Assembly: GCA_951406725.2 (NCBI GenBank) | Contig: OX597830.1 | Location: 49,476,001-49,540,000, forward strand | DNA length: 64,000 nt | Reading direction: 5' to 3' | Source of the DNA: Octopus vulgaris | Taxonomy: Eukaryota | Shown: positions 25,462 to 40,200 of the stretch, piece after piece | How positions within the stretch are numbered: position 1 is the first letter of the stretch | Layout: each line of letters begins with the position of its first letter | Translations under genes and position numbers: made by a program | Notes under the pieces: model-generated | Database searches by the model: none | What the model was told of the DNA's origin: nothing | What the model saw: only the letters and a program-made list of their open reading frames with translations

Positions 25462-26247
25462 ACATATATCTTTCCTAGGCACAAGGGTCTCAAATTTTAG
25501 GGGAGGGAGCTAATCGATTGCTTCAGACCCAGTATTAGACTCGTACTTTTTTTGTAAACACTGAAAATGATGAAGGCCGAAGTAGACCCTAGAAGAATTT
25601 ATATTCAGTATGTGAAGCTGTTAGAAATGGTGTCAATCTTTTTGTCTGGCATGCTCACAATTGTGCCGGCTCAGCACCTTACACACACACACACACACAT
25701 ACAAAAACACACACTCGTACACACACACACAAACACACACTCGTACATACACACACACACACGCAAACACACATGTATATATTTATATATATATATATCT
25801 GTGTGAGTGTGTGTGTATGTTTGTGTATGTGTACGTGTTTCTGTATGTATGTATGTATGTATATATGTATGTATGTATGTATTTATGTATGTATGTATAT
25901 ATGCGTGTGTGTGCATGTATGTGTGCATATGTGTGTGGTAAGAAGCTTTCATCCCACTCTCATGTTTTCAGGTTGAAGGACGGTCAGTTTAGTTTTCTTT
26001 GAAGGTTACATATTGAAGGTTACAACTGTCTGCATAGGGTCACTTATATGTCGCTCGTTTCTTTTCAATTTCTTTTTTTTTTCTCAATTATATTCGTATG
26101 TAACATATTCATGTCATTATTTCGAGGTTTACAAAAAAAAAAAAAATTACATGCTCTATTGCCAGATGTTTTCCCTCCCATAATTGCATTTTATATAATT
26201 TCGTTTACAAATCATTTCTTGGATGTATGGGCAATGGTGGCAAAATG

Positions 26248-26367
26248 TTAATAACAACAACAACAGTAACAACAACAACACCAACAACAACAACGACGAC
26301 AATAATAATAATGATAATAATAATGATGATGATAACAACAATAATAATAACAATAATAATAATAATG

Positions 26368-26399
<32 letters not shown>

Positions 26400-26415
26400 C
26401 ATAATAATAATAATG

Positions 26416-26476
<61 letters not shown>

Positions 26477-26534
26477 TAATAATAACAATAATAACAACAA
26501 TAATTATAATAATAATAATAATAACAGTAATAAC

Positions 26535-26603
<69 letters not shown>
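26248..26603. repeat. Long (AAT)n/(AAC)n microsatellite (~355 bp)
   Basis: Directly visible. Confidence 0.95.
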
Positions 26604-26727
26604 CGTTTTGGTTTCCGAGAATATTGACGTCACTGCTATTTTTTCTGTCGACGACTTGCAGACATCGATTCTCAAATAAATATAAAAAAAACAAACTGAA
26701 ACGATGTTTAAGACTAGGTGAAGCAAT

Positions 26728-26770
<43 letters not shown>

Positions 26771-27200
26771 ATGTGTGTATGTATGTCTGTATGTATGTAA
26801 GTATTTATGAATGTGTGTGTGTGTGTGTGATTTTCTAATAAGGTTGATTGAATTTTTCACAATAGTTGGATTATACAAACGTTAAGACATATATATCAGA
26901 CAGCTAATTTGTTCACGTGACGCATCGACAAAATAAACTAATTTCCTCGATTCCTCGTATGCCGACTAAAGAAAGATTCGATACTAATACAAACACACAG
27001 AGGGCAGGAGGGGGGAAGGGATACTGCTATATAACTGCATTATGTATGCTAAATAAATGGAAAAGAACACATATAAAGAATGCGCAGATACTGTATGTAT
27101 ATATATATATATGTGTGTGTGTGTGTATGTGTGTGTGTGTGTGTGTATGTGTGTGTGTGTGTGTGTGTGTATATGTGAGAGTGTGTGTGCGGGTGTATAT

Positions 27201-27530
27201 GAAGGCGCATGGTTCAGTGGTTAGAGCGTCGAGCTTACGATCGTGAGGTTGTGATTTCGAATCCCGGACCGGGCTGCGTGTAGTGTCCTTGAGCAAGACA
27301 CTTTATTTCACGTTGCTTCAGTTCACTCAGCTGTAGAAACGAGTTGCGACATCACTGGTGCCAAGCTGTATCGGCCCCTTTGCTTTTCAATTGGATAACA
27401 CTGGTGGCAGGGAGAGGGGAGGCCGGTATACATGGTCGACTGTTGGTCTTCCATAAACCACCTTGCATGGACATGTGCTTGGAAGGGTAACTTTCTCGGT
27501 GCAATCAGTCATATCCGAAGGGGGTCTCAG
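27201..27530 (+). mobile_element. tRNA-derived SINE family D
   Basis: A-box tggttcagtggttagagc, B-box-like ttcgaatcccgg, core gtgtccttgagcaagacacttt. An inverted homologue lies at 41601-41870. Confidence 0.88.
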
Positions 27531-27541
27531 GATATATATAT

Positions 27542-27772
27542 AGGCGGTGAGCTGGCAGAAACGTTAGCACGCCGGACGAAATGCGTAGCCGTATTTCGTC
27601 TGCCGTTACGTTCTGAGTTCAAATTCCGCCGAGGTCGACTTTGCCTTTCATCCTTTCGGGATCGATAAATAAAGTACCAGTTACGCACTGGGGTCGATGT
27701 AATCGACTTAATTCGTTTGCCTGTCCTTGTTTGTCCCCTCTATGTTTTGCCCCTTGTGGGCAGTAAAGAAAT
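27542..27772 (+). mobile_element. SINE family A, tail-less monomer in (TA)n
   Basis: ggcggtgagctggcagaaacgttagc...gagttcaaattccgcc...gtaaagaaata. Confidence 0.9.
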
Positions 27773-28471
27773 ATATATATACACACACACACACACACAA
27801 TCTGTGTGCATCTGCGTACGCGCCTATAATGTGCACACAAACACACACACGCACGCACACACACACATATTGGCGGAGGTGTACGCATAGCTCTTTTGTG
27901 GGAAGCTTACTAATCAGCCACATCATTCTGGGCCCAGTGCCGCAGCGTAGCACTTTGGTGAAGTCTCTACTCCATATTCGTGCGTTCTAGTGCCCCTACT
28001 GCTGCTTAACATTTCATGTTGGTGTGTTTAAATCCCCGTAACATAGCGATCCGTCAAAGTGATCGATAAAATAATTACTAGGATTAAAAAAGTAATAAGT
28101 ACTAAAGTCAATTCATTCAGCTAAAATTCCTCTACGAGATGCCCCAGCATGACCACAGTCTAATGACTGAAACCGGTAAAATATTAAATATAAAAAGAAA
28201 GATATACAAATGACTTAGCAGTTTTGCGGTCACGCGCTACCTGGTTCCATCCACACGGTGTGGAATCAGGAGCCAAGTATGCTTTCTTCTAACTCCAGGT
28301 CTCCTTAAATCTCCTGCGTTGTAAGACGAAAACTTTGTTGTTGGATTATGCCTGTCCTTTAAATGTCCGATTCTATCACACACTACGTTAGGCTGCTACC
28401 AGTTACGATACATATGGTTGTGGGATACTCATCCAATTACACGCTAATTCAATGAAAATGATCCAGTTAGT

Positions 28472-28622
28472 GGGCGCAAGCATAGTTGTGTGGTTAGACG
28501 CTTGCTTCCTAGCCAGATGGTTCCGGGTTCAGGCACCTATGGCAAGTGTCTTCTACTGTAGCCTCAGGCCGACCGAAACCTTGTGAGTGGATTTGGCAGA
28601 CGGAAACTAAAAGAAGCCTGGA

Positions 28623-28677
<55 letters not shown>

Positions 28678-28930
28678 ACGTATATTCTTTTATTCTTTTA
28701 TTTGGTTCAGTCATTTGACTGCGGCCATGCTGGGGCACTGCCTTTAGTCGAATAACTCGACCCTAGAAATTATTCTTTGTAAGCCTAGTACTTATTCTAT
28801 CGGTATTTTTGCCGAACCGCTAAATTACGGGGACGTAAACACACTAGCATCGGTTGTTAAGCATCGGTGGGCGACAAACACAGACACACAAACATATACA
28901 CACAGACATACACACACACAAACACAGACG

Positions 28931-28975
<45 letters not shown>

Positions 28976-29150
28976 ACATATACATATACACGACGGGCTT
29001 CTTTCTGTTTCCGTCTGCCAAATCCACTCACAAGGCTTTCGTCGGCCCGAGGCTATAGTAGAAGAGACTTGATCGAGGTGCCAGGCAGTGGGACCGAACC
29101 CGGAACCATGTGGCTGGTAAGCAAGTTACTTACTATACAGCCACGCCTGC

Positions 29151-29234
<84 letters not shown>

Positions 29235-29480
29235 AACACACATATGTATATATATCTATGTGTGCGTTCTTTGTTCCTGTGTTTCTCCTCCCATCACCGC
29301 TTGACAACCGGTGTTGGTGTGTTCCCGTCCCAGTAACTTAGCGATTCGACACAAGGAAGTGAGAGAATATGTACTGGGCTTTTATGAAGAAGTCCTGGAG
29401 TTGCTTTGTTTGACTAAAACCCTTCAAGGTGGTGCTCCAGCATGGTCGAAGTGAAACGACTGAAACAAGGAAAAGAACAA
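28472..29480 (+). mobile_element. SINE family B (+) split by an antisense SINE B inserted in its internal (TA)n
   Basis: Head half 28472-28622 (+), (TA)n, complete minus copy 28686-29153, (TA)n, tail half 29270-29480 (+). Confidence 0.8.
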
Positions 29481-29554
29481 AGGAATAATCGAACAAGTGA
29501 ATAATATTGTCGAAGGCGAATGGATATCCATATGTGTGCACCGAAGTGTATGTG

Positions 29555-29872
29555 TGGAGACGCGTGGTTTAGAAGTTTGGGTATTCACTTCAAGATCGTA
29601 TGTGCATGAGGGCGATTCCTGGCTGCGCATACCGATCATGAGCAGGGAACATTATTTCATGTGGTTACAGTTCACTCAGCTGGTAAAAACGAATTATATT
29701 CAAAGGCATAGCTTTTTCACATTCTGCGCATCACCTCGAGAGCTACATTAATCATATGTATGTGGTGTGTGTGTGGAGTGTTCAGCCATTCGTACCTACG
29801 TCAGCTTCACAAGCACGCTGTTTGGTCGATCTGATCAAATGGAACACTACTCGTCGTAACTGACGGAGTGCC
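29555..29872 (+). mobile_element. Degenerate tRNA-derived SINE (family D-related head)
   Basis: ggagacgcgtggtttag...gagcagggaacattatttcatgtggttacagttcactcagctgg resembles 27201-27335, but the 3' part differs. Confidence 0.55.
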
Positions 29873-30268
29873 AGGCCGTGTACGTAAAGCTGTGTGCGTG
29901 CGCACGCACTTGCAAGTGTCTATATATGTGAATGCATGTGAGTGCGTGCATGCGCGCGCTTGTGTTTGCGTGTGCGTATTCTTATACATTCGCTGCTTTC
30001 ATTCACTCAGCTGTTGCCAAGGTGAAACAGAGTCTTGAATCGTTTCATAGATTTTATTCTCTCCATCTGCTGTGAATTTCAAGGACACGTTTTACAGATG
30101 TCTTAAAGAGCGATTGATGTATACGTTATACAGATAAGGGGCATTACTGATAGGGAATCAATTAACATAGAGTACCTTAGGTCGGGTCACACTTAATTGG
30201 CCATAATCGCGGTTGGACATATATACATACACAGTTGAAAATATACATACATAGATTTACACACCGAA

Positions 30269-30337
<69 letters not shown>

Positions 30338-33300
30338 AGAGAGAGAGAGAGAGAGAGAACAAATAGCGAGGGATTATCAATCCAGGCAAAATTCTTCATA
30401 AACTCTCTGTTGGCACACCAGGTTAACAGTGCTGTTTAGATTAGTGAAGAACTCCAGGTAATCTTTTTTAGGGTCCCAAGTTATGGTTCATCACAATTCT
30501 ATATTATAAATCCGTGGATGGGCGCCAGACAAATTGGATTTTACACAGAGTGGAATATAAGAAACAAGTTTAAAATAATGGTCGTTACATATTTTTCCTT
30601 TATTGGAGCAAATTTAGCTTACAGCTGTTTCCAGTAAGCATTCAAGGCTCTGGCGAAAGTGGCATTAATTTACTTTGGTCGTTCAATTTACCCCAGCCGA
30701 TCAATAGACCAACTGAGCAAACCTATCAGTAATGTACCTATCATGACTACTGGAAACAGTGGCATGAACCTTTTTCCATTTCTTTATATATGCTCAGTCT
30801 TCTTGTACACACATATTTAACTCAGTTGTATAAAAACGCGTGAAAATGCACACATCACACTGCGATCTGATCGACCTTTTTCTTAAGGAAGGATTTCCTG
30901 TGTTGACGTATTGTAATTTAAATCAAAATCTCAAGCGAAAATATAATGGTTACACTTCAATAAATTGTAAACATTATAAACACTTTTGAACAGAACCAAT
31001 GTCATTCACCGTTAACGAAAATCAAAAGTGAGTTTAATGCAAATAATGTTCAAAGCAACGTCAGAACGTCTTGCTGTTTTCTGAAATTGTCTTTATTAGA
31101 ATAAAAGACATCCCCAATGTTGAATATTCTAAGTCAAAATTAATCAAGCATAAATTTCTTAGATCATAATTCCTCAGATATTTTTCGCCTTTGAATCTAA
31201 GATTCCTGTTTTTCTTCTTTACAAAGATTTTATGTGGACAACCGAATTAATATTATGATCATAAATTTCTTTTTGGTTTTATTAATTAGGAAAAATCGAT
31301 ATCAGTCACGAACGAAAAAACAATATTTTTTTTTTATATTCTTGGTTTTACATTAAATTATTCATTGTAATTTCGAAAACGGCTCCCAGGAAAATTTTAG
31401 GGTATGATTTAGTTTCTTGGAAATATGAATCCATACCAAACGTTTTTTTCTTTATTCTTGTGGAAAGATGAGAGAGACTTCTACCTACCTAACTGTTACT
31501 GATCCTCAAAATTCGGCAGAGAAATATCAGCGTTTACAAACGTAAACTCTATTTTCAAAGACGTTGATTTGAATAGATAAAATTACATACAGTCAGTTCT
31601 AAAACTAGTCCGTCGACGAGATTAGCTACAAAACACCCATGCGACTTCCGGCAGAAAATGCCTCACCTCATATGAGATAACAAAACCAGATACGGTGAGA
31701 TAAAAATATCAAACACATCTGTTACATTCTGTAGTCAATGGTTATCTTCTCTTTTTTTTTTCAAACCGACTGATATCGGTGTTCTTTTTCATATAAATAT
31801 TTATATGCTAAGATATGACCATTAATGATTCAAATAAAACCCCAATAACAGACCGCAGAGTTGCCATTCCGTTCAGTTAGATGTTTGTGTAAGGTTTGAA
31901 AGCCAAAATCCGAATAAATATAACAAAGAGCTGCAAATATTTCACAACCATTCTCCAATAAGGATATTACTGCTTTTTATAGAAATATTTACTATGAATG
32001 AAGAATATAAATATCTCTCAAGAGGATCATAAAGAGACAACAGATCTTTGGAAACTAGGATAATAAAATATGAGAGTCACCTAAGCAAATAATAGACTGG
32101 AATGTTTCTGCAGAATTAAGGAACTATGCTCAATATTTCGAAAATTACAGAAATAATGGATGTAGCTCAGATAATAGTGTCAAGGTCAGATAAAACGCAT
32201 CACAGTAATTATATTTTACCTCTAGATTATCTGTTCAAATCCTACGGGTTTTTATGGCACTCCTCTCTGAAACACGAGGAACAACTAACCGACTAACGGA
32301 AATAAACTCCAAGAGATACAAAATTGCAATATCTCTGCGCTACATAAATTGCTCCTGCGTCAAGAGGGGATCATAAACATAAGACCATACATGAACACTA
32401 AGTTATATGCATGTATGAATGCATGTATGTATGTATGTATGTATGTATGTAAGTATGTATGTATGTATGTATGTACACAAATACACACACATATTTATAA
32501 GTATGTATCTTGTGTGTACAGTCACATATACAACTACCACTGTTGAGTTTTGAGCATCGTGTTGACTATCACAATATCGTCTGCTTCTAACAAAGCACAA
32601 TCGCCCAACGGAAACATTACCAGTTATGATATAGAGAGTAAATGTTGGAGGAATTATGATAAACACAAGTTTACATTATTTACTCTTTAACAACGTTTCA
32701 ACGTTGTGGTTGTTTGGAATACTCACACACACAAACATAAGATCAGTAGCAATAGCTAATGAGTCTCTAGATTCAGTTCCTTTTAAAAAATAACTGTTAT
32801 TTCCATATTAGAACCATGTAAAACATTCATTCGTAGACAAGTTAAATTAAACATTGATCAATTTTACAATGGGCTCAATGATGAGCTCCATATCATTTTT
32901 GAAAAGCTCCAGTGACCTGGTTCTAAACTTATGCTATGAGAACATTGAAGTACAACCGAAAATCGTCACAGTACTGTAGTTCATCCCTTCACAACAATTG
33001 CATTTGTTTATTGACAAATCGCCTAAAGTGGGAACCATGAATTATATATAAAGCCCTTACGAGTTGTATTTTGACCAGTAGAACAAAAGATTTTGGTAGA
33101 TTATTCCGTATAAAAATTATTGAGAAGTTGTAGATATTACCAAAAGTCGAAGCGCTTACATAATATATCTGGGAAATGTCGGTGCATCAATGGATATTTC
33201 AAGGAAACAAATTCAGGGAAGTGAACTGGATTTTTTTTTAATCAGTGACTAAATGAAAGAAGAAACATCGTGAAACCTTTTATCTATTCTCTTCTTATAT

Positions 33301-33388
33301 TAATGGGGTGGGGTAGGAGAACGAAGAATATATAAATATATATATATATATCATATTCCCACTGGATACCTTAATCATACTTCTAACA

Positions 33389-33613
33389 CAGGGGTGGGCG
33401 AACTTTTTTGATCGCGGGCCGCACAGTGCGTCTTTGGAACTTTGGCGGGCCTCATTTATAAAAATCAAGTGAAAATATTTTTAAAGGCGGTTATAGACCT
33501 ATAAACACACAATTGATTGAAAGGAAATTTTGTGAAATATTCCTCTCGGCGGGCCGCATGAAAACCTATGGCGGGCCGCATGCGGCCCGCGGGCCGTAGT
33601 TTGCCCACCCCTG
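33389..33613. mobile_element. hAT (Charlie/Buster-type) MITE
   Basis: TIRs caggggtgggcgaact / agtttgcccacccctg, TSD ttctaaca / ttctaacg (7 of 8 match), and subterminal gcgggccg repeats. Confidence 0.9.
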
Positions 33614-33990
33614 TTCTAACGGATCAAAGATCTTTGACTGAACACTTGAAGCACGGACTTAGTTTTATCAACGTTGGCAGTAAATTACTTCTATCGCACA
33701 AAAATAGGAACACACCCACCAAATTCCAAGAAATTTTACTTCCAAGATTTATAAGATTCCTATAAGGGAATACACATACCTAAAGCAAAGCTTTGCTCGT
33801 TACCAATTAAGGGGAAAACTAAAACCACGCGTTTGAGAAGGGTGAAGCTGTTAACAGAAACATGGCTATGCCGATCTCAGACGAGAAATAAAGCATTAAA
33901 CAAGTTTTGGCGTTACCGTTTCCCCTCATAATGTCGGGTACTAAATGCAGCGATGCCAATGTTCCTATTATTGCATTTACCTACAACGTG

Positions 33991-34330
<340 letters not shown>

Positions 34331-34679
34331 AAGTCACAGTTTTATCCCCTAAAATGCACAAAGGGATATAAGAGAAGTTTTATAGCGAGATTCTGTGCTG
34401 AAGAAACATAATGGTAAGTCCTATTAGAGAATAGTCGCCATCGATTCTGTTGGTGGCAATTTATGAATTGTTGAATGCAAAGCGAAAAAATGGCTTCAAA
34501 GGAGAATAAATATCTCTGTATATTGTGAGAGAATAATGGGAGAAAGGCAGAGCGGAATGTTGCTAGAAGAATGGATCCGAAGGTGGATAGGTGAGAAGGT
34601 AGATGTTTGGGTAAATGTTAGAGGAGGAAGTGGACAGCTTGCTTCAGCGTGTTGACTCACGTATGTTAGACACACACAC

Positions 34680-35035
<356 letters not shown>

Positions 35036-35518
35036 GTGTTTGCATGCAATGATGAGTGTGCATATCGTTACCGTGAATTTGTTTACAGACCACCGATCAC
35101 CCAAGACCACACCCTCACCGCGAACGCTACCGCCAAACACCGTCATCAATTCCCATACTTTGATCGATAATCATTCTCTACCTTCGCCGTCTTTTTCTTC
35201 TCTGTTCAAACTATAGCTTCAGTCTGTCCAAAATTCTCTTTATGTCTCTCCCTTCCGCCACCGCCACCTTCCCCGTGTGTTTACAGAAACCGAGACTTTA
35301 CTATTTCCAGAAATGAATGCTTTACTATTTTCACGCTCTCATGAACAAAAGAGAGAGCAGAAAGAAGATGAATCTCCGAAACGAATCTCCACCCAAAGAA
35401 GGTTTTGGTTGGTCCGCAGTGAGAGAAACGCTTTTATACGAATTAAGAGAAATTCTTCGAGTTCGTATATACGGTATATTACTTGTCTAAATATACATAT
35501 ATATATATATATACATAC

Positions 35519-35572
<54 letters not shown>

Positions 35573-36924
35573 ATATATATATATGTATTTATGTATACAT
35601 ATATATGTATATATATGTGTGAGTGTGTGTGTGTAAGAATGTATATATGTATGTGTATATGTGTGTGTATGTGTGTGTATGTGAGTGTGTGTGTGTGTGC
35701 AGGTGTGTGTGTGTATTTGCTTGTACATATGATTATGGTTTGACTCAGCTCCACATCATTTGAAGATTCATGGGTCGCAGACAACGTCAACATCCGATGT
35801 TCCGGATAATAACTCCGGCATTTGATGCTGTTGCCGTGTATTACACCACGAAACTGTATGTAATATGGAACTAAGTCGAATTGATACTAAATACATACGA
35901 TTGCTTTCTTTCGTCTATCCGCTCACTCGTGCGTATAGCATTTATGCATCCTACATTTAACTGCCTTAAATTTAACTCGGATTTGTAATAAAAACCCGAT
36001 CTAGTTTTAATGTAGTTAAACCATTGTAATTCAAATACTTCACTGCGAAACATTAACCTGTTTAGATGCTATTTATCATTTACGCATACTGAAAACTAAG
36101 GTAATCTGACATGCTTCACGTCTTATTGACTGTTCGTAGGATGGTAAATCCACATTCACCTTTCTCACCACGAAGATAGCTCCCGGCAAATCACTAATCG
36201 CACACAGACTAGTACTTAGCTCAAATCCCTGGAGCTAATTTGCATACCATATCCTTCATGGGCGAAGTGCTTATTCTTTTTCTGTTACAGAAATAAGAAA
36301 AACCGACTATTTTTTTTTAGCTAAGTTTTCAGTCTGGAAGCCATGTTAAAACAAAAATGTAGTTTAACTGATTTCAATTAATTTTGAGCTCCTACGAGCT
36401 GCAACGTGAAAAAAATACTTAATACTAATTCCATTAGACTGCCTATGAACATGCGATATTATTTCAGTCTAATCAATACAACTATGAACTTGTTTGTGCT
36501 TAATTTTAATAGTGATTTCTTATGAATTCTCTTCCAGGGTATATGTATGCTGATTAAATTATCATCTTTGAGTGAGCAACGAACTATGAAAGCTGCCTAG
36601 AATATCGTCGTTATTTCTTTTTGTGACAAGTGATTAGCCAAGAATATTTACCTTTTCAATTCGTTATAGAGAAGGCTTTAAATAATTGAATTTAATAAGT
36701 TTAGACTTATTGTATTCCATTTTTATCTCGCGCAGGCAATTTTATACATAATGAAATTTTGGAGTATTTAATTACGCCGATGGTAAACGCATGGTATGTA
36801 AAGTAATGTAACTATTGATTGTTCTTGTTCAGTAATCGTCTCTGGCAGGCTTACATGTGGGCTACAAAGTTTACTCGTGATCTGTAGCAGCAATGACATC
36901 TGCTTCAGGTTGAGGTTTGTACCT

Positions 36925-36985
36925 TCTCAAGCCATGCCTGGCTCATTAGGGCCGGTTTCCCGGTTTCCTTGGCGTATAGGTTCCT
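36925..36985 (-). mobile_element. Isolated 3' tail of SINE family C (or of its partner LINE)
   Basis: Reverse complement of the 12671-12727 tail (ggaac..atacgcca...aaaccgggaaaccgg.ccc.atga.cc.ggc..ggcttga). Confidence 0.7.
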
Positions 36986-36994
36986 CAATTAAAG

Positions 36995-37625
36995 CTATGA
37001 TGTGGCCATATTGTTCGAATGACAGATGGACGCATGCCGAAACAGCTGTTTAATGGTGAGCTTACAGAGGGGAAACGCTATCGGTGTAAACCTAAAAAAA
37101 AGGTTTAAGGACGGCATGTAGTCAATTGGAATGGTTCCAGAAGATATAGGAACTTTTGCTTCCGATCGAGTTGGCTGGCGAACAAAGGTGTGGAGTGGAG
37201 TGAAAACATTTGAAGAGGCCAGAATAACGGAAATAAGACTCATGAGAGATCCAAGGAAGAATGTAACAATCAAGAAGGCGAATGACACTGACCTTTCTTG
37301 CGTGCACAGTCTGTGACAGACCATGCCTGATTTTGCTGGCCTGTCACAGTCTGTGACAGACCATGCCTGTCTTTTGCTGGCCTCAAATCTCATCTGCGAA
37401 CGCATGGAGACCGAACATCCACCAACTATTCTGACTATATGTCTGTGCACATCTTTGAATGTAGTGTATACCAGAAGCTTTGCAAATCCAACAACTGTCT
37501 CAAAAGACATTTTAAGATCCACAAAGAGCAGAACTTATCTGCAAATCGTAGGTGCCATTAATGTCGGTTCTTTTCAGAGCATTGTCTGATTTAAAAAGCC
37601 ACATCAGATTCCATGATGGTGCTAA
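36995..37625 (+). mobile_element. 3' fragment of an RTE-clade LINE with C-terminal C2H2 zinc fingers
   Basis: Translation gives GHIVRMTDGRMPKQLFNGELTEGKRYRCKPKKRFKD...ASDRVGWRTKVWSGVKTFEEAR, the classic RTE/BovB C-terminus. It is followed by C..CDRPCLSFAGLKSHLRTH and two further degenerate fingers. Confidence 0.88.
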
Positions 37626-38421
37626 GGTGTAGGTACAGAAGTGGTCAAATTCTGCACAAGGAGTTGACAACCACCAAATAAATATATAATCATTCACACA
37701 CAGACACGCACACACAAACACACACACACATACACTACACACACCAAAAGAGTTATATGTCTCTCACCTGTTCACTGTTACACTTTTTCAGTTTTCATTG
37801 GTTCTTAAGAAATTGTGTTACGAGACATTACAAATGCAGTTTGTACACACACACACACTCGCACATATACGCTCTCTCTCACACATACACACACATATGT
37901 ATATGTATATTTATACATAAACCTATACATACATATATGTGTGTGTAATTATGCGTACATATATGTATATTGATATATGTGCTTCTATGTTAATATATGT
38001 ATGTGCGTTGAAATGCGGATGTTGATAGGCGCAGAAAAAGAGGGCGTGTGTGTGTGTGTATCTGTGTATGTGTGTGTTTGTGTTTGTGTTTGGATGCGTA
38101 ATGACATTTATATAAAATTTTACAAGAAAAGTAGATTTTAATCATACATTTGCATATAATTTATTCTATGAGAGCAACAGAGTTATTTTTCTATAATTTG
38201 TTTATTTTCTATTTTATAATGTCAGAAACCAAAGCTATTTTTAACCTACGAAGCTTAGTTATATGTGTCAAAGTTGATTGTATAGTCATAATTAGGATTT
38301 GTTTCAAAAGAAAAATAACAAGAACAAAAAAACAACAACAGCAGCATAATGTTTCGGCAAGGAATATATATTAGAGTCTGTAATAAGTAACTGTTATAAA
38401 AACATGAAGACTTTTCCCCTG

Positions 38422-38780
38422 TACACACGCACACACACTCACACTCACACGCACACACACTCACACACACACTCACACTCACACACACACACTCACACAC
38501 ACAAACGTACACACACACACTCACACACACACTCACACACACACTCACACACACACACTCACACACACACTCACACACACACACTAACACACACAAACGC
38601 ACACACACACATACTCACACACACACTCACACGCACACTCACACGCACACTCACACGCACACAAACACACACACACACTCACACACACACACACACACGC
38701 ACACACACAAACACACACACACAAACACACACACACACAAACAAACACTCACACGCACGCACAAACACACACGCACACAT
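38422..38780. repeat. (CA)n-derived compound microsatellite
   Basis: Directly visible. Confidence 0.9.
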
Positions 38781-38789
38781 ATTCGTTTA

Positions 38790-39005
38790 TTCTTTTACTC
38801 TTTTACTTGTTTCAGTCATTACACTGCGACCATGCTGGGGCTTCGACTTGAATTTTCTTTAGTCGAAAGAATCGACCTCAGTATTTATATATGTTTTAAA
38901 ACCTGGTACTAGTTCTATTGGTACCTTTTCTCGAACCGCTAAGTTACGGGAACGTAAACAAACCAGCACAAGTTGTCAAGCGGTGGCGAGAAAGAACAAG
39001 CACAA
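38790..39005 (-). mobile_element. SINE family B 3' half
   Basis: cttttactcttttacttgtttcagtcatt...cgaaccgctaagttacggg.acgtaaaca. Confidence 0.8.
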
Positions 39006-39388
39006 AAGCAATGACATACACACACGTGCACACACGCAGACACACACACACACTCACAATTACATACACACCGACGATTAAACAAACACACACACAGACA
39101 AACACGCACACCCACCCACAAGTCTTTGTTACTTTCGTTGCTGGATTGTGGCTTTGCAGTAACAATTATTATTATTTCATGGCTGCCTATTTATTCAATG
39201 TCTATTTGTCGATCCGCTAGGTTGTGAAATGTGAAGTTACACCACATCTTCAAAAGGCTTATTCAAATTATAAAAAAAAACAGCCACAGGAACCACACAC
39301 ATACATACACACAAGCATATATACATACAAACATTCATATTTACATACATTCATGCATGCATGCATACATACATGCATAAATACATAC

Positions 39389-39642
39389 CCTGGGATTTGT
39401 AACACTCCGCCTAAATACTAATCTTCAGGAATTAGATTTCTCAAAATCAGAAGGGTGAAAGCTAATTCGAAGACTACAGATCCAATCCATCACTGGAACT
39501 GTAAAAATTTGTAAAACTTTCCAGAAGTTTATCATTTAAATATATATATATGAGCATGCCTAGATATGCAACTAAATGCATGGCAATATACACATAAGAC
39601 AAAACATACGATTTTGCACACATACATACATACATACATACA

Positions 39643-39674
<32 letters not shown>

Positions 39675-40200
39675 CATACAACCTACAAAACTTCCCTGTT
39701 GATGATGCTGGTATTCCAATGAAAGAACTTTGGATCTAAGCAAGAAATCAACTCTTTCTTTATTGGCAAGAAATCTTGAAATAAACTGAATAATGACAAG
39801 CATACATACATACATACACACATACATACATACATACATACATACATACATACATACATACATACAAACATATATACATACATACATACCCTGTTGTTGA
39901 TGTCGAAATTCCAATGAAGGAGCCTTGGATCTAGGCTAGAAGCCGGTTCTTTCTCTATTGGCAAGAAATCTTGAAATAAACTGAATATTGACATACACAC
40001 ATACAGACATACAAAAATACCCTGTTGTTGATACCGGTATTCCAATGAAGGAAGCTTGGATCTAAGTTAGAAACCAACTCTTTCTCTATTGGCAAGGAAT
40101 CTTGAAATAAAATTGAACAATTACATACATACGTACATGCATACATACCTACATACATGCATAAAAAATATACCCTACTACTAATGTTGAAATTCCAAAG
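39389..40200 (+). mobile_element. 3' end of an RLE non-LTR retrotransposon with tandemly amplified 3' terminal unit in (CATA)n
   Basis: LGFVTLRLNTNLQELDFSKSEG*KLIRRLQIQSITGTVKICKTFQKFII* is homologous to the C-terminus at 60430-60519. A ~105-bp unit is repeated at 39694, 39889 and 40020, with a partial copy at 40173. Confidence 0.8.

Noticed and set aside
39694-40200. Repeat-spacer-like array resembling CRISPR
   Set aside because: The units are ~105 bp, the spacers are (CATA)n microsatellite, the context is eukaryotic and there are no cas genes. It is a retrotransposon 3' end.
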